39,069 nt of DNA. Origin: a virus (lineage: Duplodnaviria > Caudoviricetes). The stretch's first letter is position 1. Every line of letters begins with the position of its first letter. This document shows positions 1 to 8,218 of the stretch, in pieces. The stretch is taken from positions 1-39,069 of IMG/VR virus record IMGVR_UViG_3300006169_000162, one strand, 5' to 3'. The position numbers and the translations under genes are program-made. The notes beneath the pieces are model-generated. The model saw only the letters and a program-made list of their open reading frames with translations, did no database searches and was not told the origin of the DNA.

Positions 1-44
1 TCATAACCTGAAGGTCGTTGGTTCAAATCCAACCCCCGCAACCA
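1..44 (+). tRNA. 3' half of initiator tRNA-Met(CAT); attachment site region (truncated by window edge)
   Basis: T-CAT-AA anticodon loop, T-arm GTTGG-TTCAAAT-CCAAC, acceptor end CCCCGCAACCA typical of alphaproteobacterial tRNA-fMet. Confidence 0.93.
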
Positions 45-1650
45 CCACAACAGTACATTCCGATCCCCTCTTGGCTTTGCCGGACGTCGCCAGGGCGACG
101 GCGGCTTCGAGCGACGTTACGACGTCGATCGCGACGCCTCGGCCTTCCGGTGCGGGCCGTACGACGATTTCGTGGATGAGCGCGCGAATTTCGCCGGCCG
201 AGCCTTCGGCGGTGACATCCTCGCATTTCAGGCCGGCAATGAGGGCCTTGACCCGTTCGCGGTAGATGTCCGCGATGCGCGGGTGCAGGGCGATCACCGT
301 CGTCGCCTCCTCCTCGCCTTGCAGCTGCTCGAGCTCGCTTCGCAGCCGATCGCGTTCCGCCGTGTGCTGCTGGAGCGCGACGCGCACGTCGGCGAATTCG
401 GCGGCGCCTTCGGCGAGCGCGGCGACCAGGCGAGCCACGGCCGCTTCGGCCTGGCGCAGCTGGCTCTCGCACGCATGTCTGCGTTGCTCGACCGAACCCG
501 CGTTGCGCTGGCGTTCCGCGTGGAAGTCGCGGACGGCCTGCGAGACGGCCTCGGCCGAAAGCAGCTTTTCCTCAAGACCGGCCAGGACACGCTTCTGCAG
601 CAGCTCGCGCTTGATGGTCCGGCCGTTTTCGCAGGTCCCGCCGGCGTAGCGGCCGGAGCAGCCGAGGCGATCGGAATTAACGACCGCATAGGAGCCCCGA
701 CAGCAACCGCAACGCATCAGGCCGGACAGGAGGTGCGCAGGCCGCCGGCGATCGCCGAGAGGCGCCCGTGCGCGCCGGTCGATCTCGTGCTGCAGCCGGG
801 CCCACAGCTCCTCTTCGACGATGCGAAGTTCGGGCATCTCGGCGACTTCGTGCGCTTCGGCCGGGTTCGTCCTGGGCACGCGGTTGCGCGTGTCGGGATC
901 GCGCACCCAACGGGTGCGGTTGAACACCAGGCGGCCGGCGTAGATCGGATTGTGGAGGATGCCGGTCTGCCGCGCGCGATTGCCCATCAGGGTCGACACG
1001 CGCCATTCCCCACCGCGCGGGCCCGAGATGCCCGCCTTGTTGAGATCGCGCACGATCGCCTTCGGGCTTCGACCGGCAACGAACTGTTCGACGATTCGGA
1101 CGACGATCTTCGCCTGCTCGGGATCGACCTCGCGCAGACCCTTCACCAGCTCGCCCTTGGCGTCGAGCTGGCGGACGAGGCGGTAGCCATAGGCGAGCCC
1201 GGCCGGGAACTGCCCGCGGGCTACGGCGCCGCGCTGGCCGCGGCGAACGCGGTCGGCGATCTTCTGCAAGTCCTCGGCGTCCATCGCGCCCTGGACACCG
1301 ACGTCGAGCTGGCGCAGCTCGCCCCGCGCGAGCGTGACAATTCGCGCGTCGTGATGGCGCACGCGCTTGTAGATGCCGGCGATGTCCTCGAGATCGCGCG
1401 CCAGGCGGTCCTGGTGCTCGCAGAGGATGGTGTCGAAACGGCGCTCTGCGAGCGCGGCGAGTAGCGCCATCAGCCCGGGCCTCCGGTTGCGCGCGCCGGA
1501 GATTCGCGCGTCTGTGAACTCGTCGACAACGATCCAGCCCTTGTCGGCCGCGAAGCGCCGGCAGTCGCGCAGCTGGTCGTCGACCGAGGTGTCTTTCTGA
1601 CGGTCGGAGGAGAAGCGGGCGTAGATCGCGCAGCGAGCGGCGTCGGGCAT
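1..1650 (-). CDS. Large serine recombinase (phage integrase), 549 aa
   Basis: AIYARFSS catalytic motif, DRLARD, YGY and recombinase domain, Zn ribbon (LLSGLMRCGCC), coiled coil; start set to ATG 1650 (MPDAARCAIYAR). Confidence 0.95.
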   Translation of the reverse strand: MPDAARCAIYARFSSDRQKDTSVDDQLRDCRRFAADKGWIVVDEFTDARISGARNRRPGLMALLAALAERRFDTILCEHQDRLARDLEDIAGIYKRVRHHDARIVTLARGELRQLDVGVQGAMDAEDLQKIADRVRRGQRGAVARGQFPAGLAYGYRLVRQLDAKGELVKGLREVDPEQAKIVVRIVEQFVAGRSPKAIVRDLNKAGISGPRGGEWRVSTLMGNRARQTGILHNPIYAGRLVFNRTRWVRDPDTRNRVPRTNPAEAHEVAEMPELRIVEEELWARLQHEIDRRARAPLGDRRRPAHLLSGLMRCGCCRGSYAVVNSDRLGCSGRYAGGTCENGRTIKRELLQKRVLAGLEEKLLSAEAVSQAVRDFHAERQRNAGSVEQRRHACESQLRQAEAAVARLVAALAEGAAEFADVRVALQQHTAERDRLRSELEQLQGEEEATTVIALHPRIADIYRERVKALIAGLKCEDVTAEGSAGEIRALIHEIVVRPAPEGRGVAIDVVTSLEAAVALATSGKAKRGSECTVVVVAGVGFEPTTFRL

Positions 1651-1751
1651 GGGGGCGAACTCCGGTGGATGGCAGACGCCACAGCATCGTCTGCCGCCAT
1701 TTCTCGGGCAATCGCTTTCACGATCGACGCGACGACGGGGGCGAGGGTCAT
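1470..1751 (-). CDS. Small hypothetical protein overlapping the integrase start (possible directionality factor)
   Basis: ATGA coupling to upstream ORF; helical N-terminus VASIVKAIAREMAADD; 3' part overlaps the integrase. Confidence 0.4.
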   Translation of the reverse strand: MTLAPVVASIVKAIAREMAADDAVASAIHRSSPPCPTPLAARSTPASPPTVRKTPRSTTSCATAGASRPTRAGSLSTSSQTRESPARATGGPG

Positions 1752-1921
1752 ATCGCGAGCTCCACGATGTCATCCTGGATCGCTGCGAAGACGCGGCCGT
1801 CCTCGACCCACACAAGCTCAACCGGCCAAACCTTTGTCCACTTGCCGGTGGCGCGATCAGTGCCGTTCACCGTCAGCGATGCGCCCGAGCGCTTGATTCC
1901 CCATGTCTCGATGGTCCTCAC
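1748..1921 (-). CDS. Hypothetical protein, 57 aa
   Basis: GTG start coupled (GTGA) to stop of upstream ORF; beta-rich, non-shadow composition. Confidence 0.6.
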   Translation of the reverse strand: MRTIETWGIKRSGASLTVNGTDRATGKWTKVWPVELVWVEDGRVFAAIQDDIVELAI

Positions 1922-2193
1922 GGTCGAATTCCCGCCGCGCGAAGGCGAGCGACCGCGTTGATGCTCCATTCGGCCAGCATCGCCTGTTCGTCGTCGCCGC
2001 TCCCGCCGGACACGCCGCAACATCGCAAGTAGCAACCGAGCGGCTGCGTCATCAGCGTCGGCCAGGCTCGCCAGACGATCGCGCCGAATGATTGCTCGAG
2101 CGCTTCGATTACCGCACGGGGCGGATCGTCGTTCAGCCGGCCGGCGTTGACGAGCTTGAGCGCGTCGTGGAGAGGGGCGAGGGTGTGGGTCAT
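1918..2193 (-). CDS. Hypothetical protein
   Basis: ATGA coupling to ATPase stop; fills the operon gap. Confidence 0.7.
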   Translation of the reverse strand: MTHTLAPLHDALKLVNAGRLNDDPPRAVIEALEQSFGAIVWRAWPTLMTQPLGCYLRCCGVSGGSGDDEQAMLAEWSINAVARLRAAGIRP

Positions 2194-3959
2194 CGCCGCC
2201 GCCGCCGCATCATAAACTCGGCCGCGCGGACGCCGCCGGCGGGCACGTAGGAGACGAAGCCGAGCGAGTGGAGGCGGCCGAGATCGTTGATGAACGTCTT
2301 GGTGCGGACGTGCTTGTTGACGGCGGCCGCCAGGTAGTCGCGGGCCAGGGTCTGCGGGAAGCCTTTCACCACCAGGTCGAACAGGCGGCGCTGAGACTGC
2401 GTCAGGAGCGTCCGCAAGCGGTCGCGCAGGGCAACCGGGGTGCCGGGGACGTCGACCGCCTGGGCGCGCCGCAGGCCGGCCTCGGTGAGCACGACGCCGA
2501 CGCCTCCGACGTAGTCGACCAGGCCGGCGGTTCGCAGCGATCCGAGGTCGTTGATGAACGTCTTGGTGCGGACGTGCTTGCCGACGAGCTGGGCGAGCAG
2601 CTCGCGCCGCACCGGGCCGCGATCGAACATGACCGTCGCCCAGCGCGCCCAGTCGAGGATCGCCTGTTGGCCGCTCGAAACGCGATCCCCCGCCGCCTCG
2701 GCCGACCGAATCTTTTCCGGCTTTGGCGGCGGGGGTGCGGTCTCTCCCGCCGTCACGGCCGTCCGCTCAGCCGTCGCAGCTGCGATGCCCAACCTCGCAG
2801 CGGGCTCGGCCGCAGGCACCCTTGTGCCAGCGGTCGCGTGGGACTCATGGGCCCGTTCGATCGCGTGCACTTGATCGTGGTCGACGATCATCGCGATCTG
2901 GCGCAGGTGTTCTATGAGGTCGCCGGCCCGATTGTACCAGTACTCGGCCGAGTCATAAGATGCGGCGAGGAGACCTTCGAGCTCGGCGATGCGATTGTCG
3001 CGCTCCACAAGTAATCGGCCGACTTCGCCGCCCTTCTTGAGCGCCGCGACCGGCTCGGCCGGGATCGTATCGTCGGGATAGTCGCCATCGTCGTCGGCAG
3101 CGACCGAAGCGAGCGCGGCCTGTAGCGCACTCAGGTCGATGGAAGGGAGCTTGACCGCCTCGACCGTCTCGCCATGCTTCGGCGTGCGGCCACTGTCGTA
3201 GGTGTCGAACAGCGGGAAGCGGACGCGCTCGAGGAAGTCGGCCGACGGAACCCAGGCGAACGCCTCGCCGACCTCGAGCTTGGCGAGTTGCTTGGCGAGC
3301 GCCTCGGCCTGGTCGGGGTCGTGCGCGTCCATCCACTCGCGGATCGCCTTGCGATCATGCGGCGTGGTCACCTTCATCGCGATCAGGCTTTCGGCCTGGC
3401 TGCGCAGGTTGGTGTTGAGCACGGCCGGCCGCTGGGTCAGCATCCACATGAAGATCCCGCGCTGGCGGCCGAGGCGGATCAGGTTCTCCATCGCGTGCAG
3501 CAGGCGGGCCATGTCCGCGGGCACGCGTTGCGGGGCGAGCTGGTCGGCCTCGTCGAGAAAAAGCGTGATCGGCTGCGTGTTGTTCTCGTAGAGCGCTTCG
3601 GCGAAGTCGCGGGCGAAGCGGCGCATCGCCGCCTGGCTCGGGAAGCCCGACAGATCCACGACGCACGAGAGGTCGTGCGTAGCGACGAGGCGGCCGAGCA
3701 TTTCGCCCATGTCCTGCGTCAGCGCGAGGTCGCCGTGGGCGCCGCCGAAGATCGGGATGTCGAAGCCTGAGGGCCCGCCCGCCTTGTCCATGCGGATGCC
3801 CCACCAGTCGCCCTTGGGATCGATCGCGCAGCAGCGGTGGCCGGCCTCGAGCTCGTGCTCGAACAGCACGCGGCCTGTGCCGGACTTGCCGGCGCCGCGT
3901 CGGCCGAAGATCGCGCCGCAGTCCTCGAGCGCCTCGAGCGGGATCGGCAGGTCAGCCAT
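2190..3959 (-). CDS. HerA/FtsK-superfamily (DUF87-like) P-loop ATPase with two C-terminal winged-helix-like repeats
   Basis: Walker A GRRGAGKS, IDPKGDW, Walker B LFLDEAD, GRQRGI arginine finger, LTQRPA motif; duplicated KHVRTKTFINDLG-L--G-V-Y. Confidence 0.85.
   Translation of the reverse strand: MADLPIPLEALEDCGAIFGRRGAGKSGTGRVLFEHELEAGHRCCAIDPKGDWWGIRMDKAGGPSGFDIPIFGGAHGDLALTQDMGEMLGRLVATHDLSCVVDLSGFPSQAAMRRFARDFAEALYENNTQPITLFLDEADQLAPQRVPADMARLLHAMENLIRLGRQRGIFMWMLTQRPAVLNTNLRSQAESLIAMKVTTPHDRKAIREWMDAHDPDQAEALAKQLAKLEVGEAFAWVPSADFLERVRFPLFDTYDSGRTPKHGETVEAVKLPSIDLSALQAALASVAADDDGDYPDDTIPAEPVAALKKGGEVGRLLVERDNRIAELEGLLAASYDSAEYWYNRAGDLIEHLRQIAMIVDHDQVHAIERAHESHATAGTRVPAAEPAARLGIAAATAERTAVTAGETAPPPPKPEKIRSAEAAGDRVSSGQQAILDWARWATVMFDRGPVRRELLAQLVGKHVRTKTFINDLGSLRTAGLVDYVGGVGVVLTEAGLRRAQAVDVPGTPVALRDRLRTLLTQSQRRLFDLVVKGFPQTLARDYLAAAVNKHVRTKTFINDLGRLHSLGFVSYVPAGGVRAAEFMMRRRRR
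2284..2580. repeat. 33-bp perfect direct repeat (2284-2316 and 2548-2580) inside the ATPase gene
   Basis: TCGTTGATGAACGTCTTGGTGCGGACGTGCTTG occurs twice, 264 bp (88 codons) apart. Confidence 0.95.
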
Positions 3960-4386
3960 CGGCCGTCTCCCCGAGCAGCAGGCGATTCTCGCGGACGACG
4001 TCCTCGAGCGCGAGGCGCCAGACCGTCGCGCCCAATTCGTCGCCGTCCTTGATGCGGCACTGCAGGTGCTCGCATTGCTCGCGAAGGTGGCTCTCGAGCT
4101 TGGCCCACGCCGGACGAATCCAATCTAGCTCGCCGTAGGCGGCATCGATCTCGGCCTGCAGCTCGATCCGCTGGTCGCGGCGGACCTGCGTCTCGTGGGC
4201 AAGCACGGCGAGCAGTTCGTCGCGGCGCTGGCGCAGCGGCTCGACTTCCTTGATGCACGCCTTTGCGATCCGCTCGGCCGTGTCCCGCTCTTCGATCAGA
4301 GCGCGGATCCAGCGCTCGAGGCGCTCGGCCCCGTCAGGCAGATCGAGGATGCCGCCGATGTAGGCCCTGTCGATCACATGCATCAT
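3952..4386 (-). CDS. Hypothetical coiled-coil protein
   Basis: Operon-coupled ORF, heptad-like E/R/L-rich sequence. Confidence 0.75.
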   Translation of the reverse strand: MMHVIDRAYIGGILDLPDGAERLERWIRALIEERDTAERIAKACIKEVEPLRQRRDELLAVLAHETQVRRDQRIELQAEIDAAYGELDWIRPAWAKLESHLREQCEHLQCRIKDGDELGATVWRLALEDVVRENRLLLGETADG

Positions 4387-4604
4387 CAGGCGAACTCCCG
4401 ACCTGTCGCGGCGATCGCCCGGACGAGGTTGCGCGTGCCTTCACGAATGGCCGCTTCGCGCCGAAGATTGGGCATGGGCGAGCTCCACCCTGCCACGCGA
4501 TCGATGATGTAGCCGGCGATGTCGGTTTCTTCCTCGATCTGCTTCCGCGTTTGGCCGGCGTCGAGACGACGCGCGACTTCAGCCTCGTTCGTGTAAAGCC
4601 CCAT
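4386..4604 (-). CDS. Hypothetical protein (possible small HTH)
   Basis: TGATG coupling on both sides. Confidence 0.7.
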   Translation of the reverse strand: MGLYTNEAEVARRLDAGQTRKQIEEETDIAGYIIDRVAGWSSPMPNLRREAAIREGTRNLVRAIAATGREFA

Positions 4605-4768
4605 CAGACCGCTCCCGTCAGGCTAAGGCCGATCGCGAACGCGGCGACGATCGCGGCCAGCAGCAGGCGACGGCGCCAAGGTCGACGACGGGGAGGGCCG
4701 TCGATCGCCTTGTGCATCGGGACGATCGGGCGGGCCTGTCCCTCGTAGACGTGGGAGCGCCGGCGCAT
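4604..4768 (-). CDS. Small membrane-anchored protein, 54 aa (not in ORF track)
   Basis: MRRRSHVYEG...RRRLLLAAIVAAFAIGLSLTGAV; TGATG overlap at both ends. Confidence 0.7.
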   Translation of the reverse strand: MRRRSHVYEGQARPIVPMHKAIDGPPRRRPWRRRLLLAAIVAAFAIGLSLTGAV

Positions 4769-4959
4769 CAGCCCAGGTTCCGCAGGTAGTGGCGCAACTT
4801 ACGCAACAGCACGCCGCCGATCAGGCGCTGCCAGTTGCCGCGATCGTCGCGGCGCCAGAGCGTGTAAAGGCTCGCGCGGCCGTGCAGGACGGAGACGCGG
4901 TCGGCCCACAGACGAAACTCGCCGCGCTCGAACGTGTGGAGACGCACGGCGGCCATCAA
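4768..4959 (-). CDS. Hypothetical protein
   Basis: Coupled to neighbours on both sides. Confidence 0.7.
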   Translation of the reverse strand: MMAAVRLHTFERGEFRLWADRVSVLHGRASLYTLWRRDDRGNWQRLIGGVLLRKLRHYLRNLG

Positions 4960-5192
4960 CCCATCCCCAGCGCGGCTTTGTAGGTATCGAGGATCGCTTC
5001 CATCTCTGCGCGATCTTCGGGCTTCATTTTACGAAGCCGGTAGATCTGCCGCATCATCCTGGTGTCGTAGCCGACGGCCTTGCCCTCGGCGTAAACATCG
5101 CGGATGTCATCAGCGACGCCCTTCTTCTCTTCCTCGAGGCGCTCGATGCGCTCGATCAGCAGGCGCAGGCGGTCGTCGATGACTACGGCCAT
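4956..5192 (-). CDS. gapR: GapR-family (DUF2312/UPF0335) nucleoid-associated protein, 78 aa
   Basis: DRLRLLIERIERLEEEKKGVADDIRDVYAEGKAVGYD...LRKM...EAILDTYKAALGM signature; start ATG 5192. Confidence 0.93.
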   Translation of the reverse strand: MAVVIDDRLRLLIERIERLEEEKKGVADDIRDVYAEGKAVGYDTRMMRQIYRLRKMKPEDRAEMEAILDTYKAALGMG

Positions 5193-5392
5193 CAGTGGCG
5201 TCCTTTGTCCAAGTTCAACTTTGTTTCCGGCTTGGGTGCGCGGCGATCGTCGGGAAAGCCGGCGAACGAGGGGCTGTCGGGCTGCGCGTCGCGCGCGGCC
5301 GCGGCGATGCTGTGCCACGCCTCGATCGTGACACCGGGCGCCGGACGACCGGCGCAGCGCGGCAGCGGAAACATGGGCGGCATGCTACGCAT
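5192..5392 (-). CDS. Hypothetical protein, 66 aa
   Basis: TGATG coupling at both ends (MRSMPPMF...). Confidence 0.55.
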   Translation of the reverse strand: MRSMPPMFPLPRCAGRPAPGVTIEAWHSIAAAARDAQPDSPSFAGFPDDRRAPKPETKLNLDKGRH

Positions 5393-6066
5393 CAGGCGGG
5401 CTCCTGCATGAGCCGCGGCCCGCCCAACGCCACCGTGTCGAGCCAGTCGGGCGGCGTTTCGCCCTGCAGCTTCATCGGCATCTGAACGCCCACGAAATCC
5501 CGGTCCTCGAGATCGAAGACGAGGTGCGGGCTGTGCTCGTCGATGCCACGCATCGTGATGCGCTCGCCGAAGGCGGCAAGGTGCTTGGTCTGGAAGGTGC
5601 GGACCTGGTCGTCGTCCTGCGGCCGCGGAACGACCCGCCGCCATTCCGGGTATGGGCCGTCGATCAAGACGTCGCCGAAGCGGATGCGGCATTCGTCGAC
5701 CATCGAGATCGCCAGCGCCGAATTACCCGGCCACATGACGTCGACCAGCGACAGCCAAGACGTCGCTCCCCGGCGGGCCATGACCGCCCAGGTATCCCGC
5801 CCGGGCCAGTCGGTTTCGACCGCCTGCTTCGGCACGCGGCAGACCTGAGCCTCGTTGACGATCCCGCCGCGATCGAACCTCACACCGAGCGCATGGCCGT
5901 CGGTCGCGATGCAAAGCGCGCCCTGGTCGGGCGTGGAGCCCGCAGGCTCGACCCGCACTCCCGTAAGGTAGTAGCGAGCATCCTCCTGCCCGGCGAAGCG
6001 CCGGGCGCGGAGCAAGGACTGCAGCCGAACGGCGAAGCAGACCACGAGCTCTGCGGGCTCGTCCAT
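5392..6066 (-). CDS. DNA polymerase III beta-clamp (DnaN)-like truncated protein
   Basis: EDARYYLTGV, IATDGHAL and IDGPYPEWRRVVP match DnaN central-domain motifs. Confidence 0.75.
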   Translation of the reverse strand: MDEPAELVVCFAVRLQSLLRARRFAGQEDARYYLTGVRVEPAGSTPDQGALCIATDGHALGVRFDRGGIVNEAQVCRVPKQAVETDWPGRDTWAVMARRGATSWLSLVDVMWPGNSALAISMVDECRIRFGDVLIDGPYPEWRRVVPRPQDDDQVRTFQTKHLAAFGERITMRGIDEHSPHLVFDLEDRDFVGVQMPMKLQGETPPDWLDTVALGGPRLMQEPA

Positions 6067-7550
6067 CAGACCGTCTCCGGTTCGACGTCGGCCGCCTGGT
6101 CGTTCACGTTCGGCTCGAGGTCCTCGCCGGCGTCGGGCTCGAATTCGAGCGCCTCGTCGGGCGGGTTGTCGCCCGTGCCGTCGTCCTCGGCGTCTTCGGC
6201 GGCGAGGGCCTCGTCCTCCTCGCGCAGCTCCTGCTGCTCGAGCTCGTAGCGGCGCTCGGCCTCCTCGAGCTGGGCGTCGACGTCGGCGAGCGGGATTTTG
6301 ACGAGCAGAGCGACCGTCGCCAGCCCCGCCGCTTCATCGACTTGGAACGGATCGATCCAGCGGGCGCCATCCGCCGGCCAGAAGGCACGGCCTTCGAGTT
6401 CGGTCCCGGCCACTTTCGGCGCGGCCAACCGAGCGGCGCGATAGCGTATCAGCGCGGCCCGACGGCGGGCTTCGTACTCTGCGTTACTTAGCGCGCGCCG
6501 GGCATCGATGTCGTCGTCATCGTCCTCTGCGTGCTCCCGGACGAAGTAGGTGTCGGCATCCTGCACGAGCGTGGCATCATCGCGGATCGAGAAGTAGGCG
6601 ATCGCCTCGGCGCGCGCCTTGGCCGTGAGCCCGACCGCGCCATGCCATTCACGCACGTAGCCTTCGGGCGCCGGCACGCTCCAGCCTGTAAACGGAGCGA
6701 GCACCGCGTCGAGCCAACCCGCGTCCTGGGCGAGCCTCTGCGCCTCGGTTTCCCCCTTCTCGCGGGCGAGCCTTTCGACCAGTGCCATGTCGAGCGCGAT
6801 CTCCCGCTCGTCTTCATGGAAGAACAGGTCGGTCGCGGTTTCACCCCCGGCCGCGCGGTAGGCATCGATGCCGATATAGCGGACGAGCTTATGGTCGATG
6901 GGGTAGAACCGCCCATTCAGCTCGTCGCGGATCGTCCGCGCATCGTGTTTGCCATAAGTCCCGGTCCGCTTCTCGTGCGAAGTGAATACCTTGAGCTGCT
7001 CCTTCGGGTCGGGGTGCGACGCGTAGGCGCTGGCGGTGCCGATCGTGATCCGTCCGTCCCGCAGGGCGTCGAGGATCTCCGGGGCGAGCGCGGCGAGGGC
7101 AAGCCGCTGGCGGACGTAGCGCTCGGTGACGCCGAAGCGCTTCGAACAATTGGCGATCGCCGTCGCCTGGTCCATGCCGTCGCGGGTCCAATCCTGGATC
7201 AGCGCGTCGAACGCCTCGACCTCGTCGGCCGGGTTCATCGCGACCTTCTGCAGGTTCTCCGCCAGGCTGGCCTGGCGAGCGTCGGCGGCGGCAATGACCT
7301 TGCAGGGAACCGGCCAGTTTGCCGGCAGGACTTTCCGCTCGGCGCACAGCTTGAGCGCGCGCAGCCGGCGGCCGCCGGCATCGACGAGGAAGCGTTTTCC
7401 CTTGCCGGGCGCCGGCGTGACGACGAGGTTCTGCAGCAGCCCCTTGCTGGCGATGCTGTCGGCCAGGCCGGGAATGTCCTCGTCGCCGTTGGTCTTGCGA
7501 ACGTTGGCAGGCGACAGGTCGAGCTTGTTCAGCGGGATCGATTCGAGCAT
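6066..7550 (-). CDS. ParB/Spo0J-like protein with acidic C-terminus
   Basis: LADSIASKGLLQNLVV, AGGRRLRAL, SLAENL, MNPADEVEAF, HTH FGVTERYVRQRLAL. Confidence 0.9.
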   Translation of the reverse strand: MLESIPLNKLDLSPANVRKTNGDEDIPGLADSIASKGLLQNLVVTPAPGKGKRFLVDAGGRRLRALKLCAERKVLPANWPVPCKVIAAADARQASLAENLQKVAMNPADEVEAFDALIQDWTRDGMDQATAIANCSKRFGVTERYVRQRLALAALAPEILDALRDGRITIGTASAYASHPDPKEQLKVFTSHEKRTGTYGKHDARTIRDELNGRFYPIDHKLVRYIGIDAYRAAGGETATDLFFHEDEREIALDMALVERLAREKGETEAQRLAQDAGWLDAVLAPFTGWSVPAPEGYVREWHGAVGLTAKARAEAIAYFSIRDDATLVQDADTYFVREHAEDDDDDIDARRALSNAEYEARRRAALIRYRAARLAAPKVAGTELEGRAFWPADGARWIDPFQVDEAAGLATVALLVKIPLADVDAQLEEAERRYELEQQELREEDEALAAEDAEDDGTGDNPPDEALEFEPDAGEDLEPNVNDQAADVEPETV

Positions 7551-7553
7551 TGG

Positions 7554-7781
7554 TCAGTCCTTTCCGTTGCCAGTCACTTTGGTGGCGGATTCGACCGCCG
7601 CGGCTTCAGACACCGCAGCGGGTTCGCGTGCGGCGGCGCCGGCGGAAGCCGGTGTCGCCGCATTGCTTTCGGGATCGAGGAAGCGGGCCCCGGCGAACGC
7701 GGCCGTGACGATCGAGGCGACGTAGACCGCCGCGATCGCGAGATACTCGCGCCACAGCCTGCGCGGCGCGTCGCGGGTCAT
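7554..7781 (-). CDS. Small single-pass membrane protein
   Basis: YLAIAAVYVASIVTAAFAGA hydrophobic segment; ATGA coupling. Confidence 0.6.
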   Translation of the reverse strand: MTRDAPRRLWREYLAIAAVYVASIVTAAFAGARFLDPESNAATPASAGAAAREPAAVSEAAAVESATKVTGNGKD

Positions 7782-7948
7782 GGCAGCATCACCCATGCGA
7801 TCGCCCACGTGATCGCTACGATACCCAGGGAGCATCCCAGGCCAGGAAGCTCGGCCAGCGCCGCGGGGTTGTTTGCCTTGGCGTAGGACACGGTGCGTAG
7901 AACTGCCGCCGGGCAGACGGCGACGAGCGGGCGGGCCAGCGCAATCAT
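7778..7948 (-). CDS. Small membrane protein, 56 aa
   Basis: MIALARPL...LGIVAITWAIAWVMLP; ATG overlaps the TGA of the upstream gene's native frame. Confidence 0.6.
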   Translation of the reverse strand: MIALARPLVAVCPAAVLRTVSYAKANNPAALAELPGLGCSLGIVAITWAIAWVMLP

Positions 7949-8218
7949 GACGGCACTCGCACGTAGCGGAGCGGCTCGCCGGCCGGCGACCGCGGCACGG
8001 CCGGGGCGATCAGGAGTACCCCCCCCCCCCCCCCGCTGCCGACGAAGGTGGCCACGCTCCTCAAGCCCGGCGAGCAGTCCTGGCACGCCCGAGCGACTGC
8101 GAATGCCGATCGCGCGCGCGATCTCCTTCTGGGTAGGCGACTTGCCTGAGTGAGCGCCCTGATAGCCGGCGATGAAGCGCAGCACGTCGAGTTGGCGGGG
8201 CGTTGGCGAAATTGCCAT
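7945..8218 (-). pseudogene. LexA N-terminal-like HTH protein, frameshifted at a G16 tract as assembled
   Basis: TPRQLDVLRFI...SPTQKEIARAIGIRSRSGV...LEERGHLRR; removing one G gives ...VLLIAPAVPRSPAGEPLRYVRVPS* ending in ATGA coupling; span is 274 nt (3n+1). Confidence 0.7.
8019..8034 (-). repeat. Homopolymer C16 (G16 on coding strand)
   Basis: Direct count of 16 C. Confidence 0.97.

Noticed and set aside
1651-1821. 57-aa N-terminal extension of the integrase in the ORF track
   Set aside because: Overlaps coupled upstream ORFs; the catalytic domain starts right after ATG 1650
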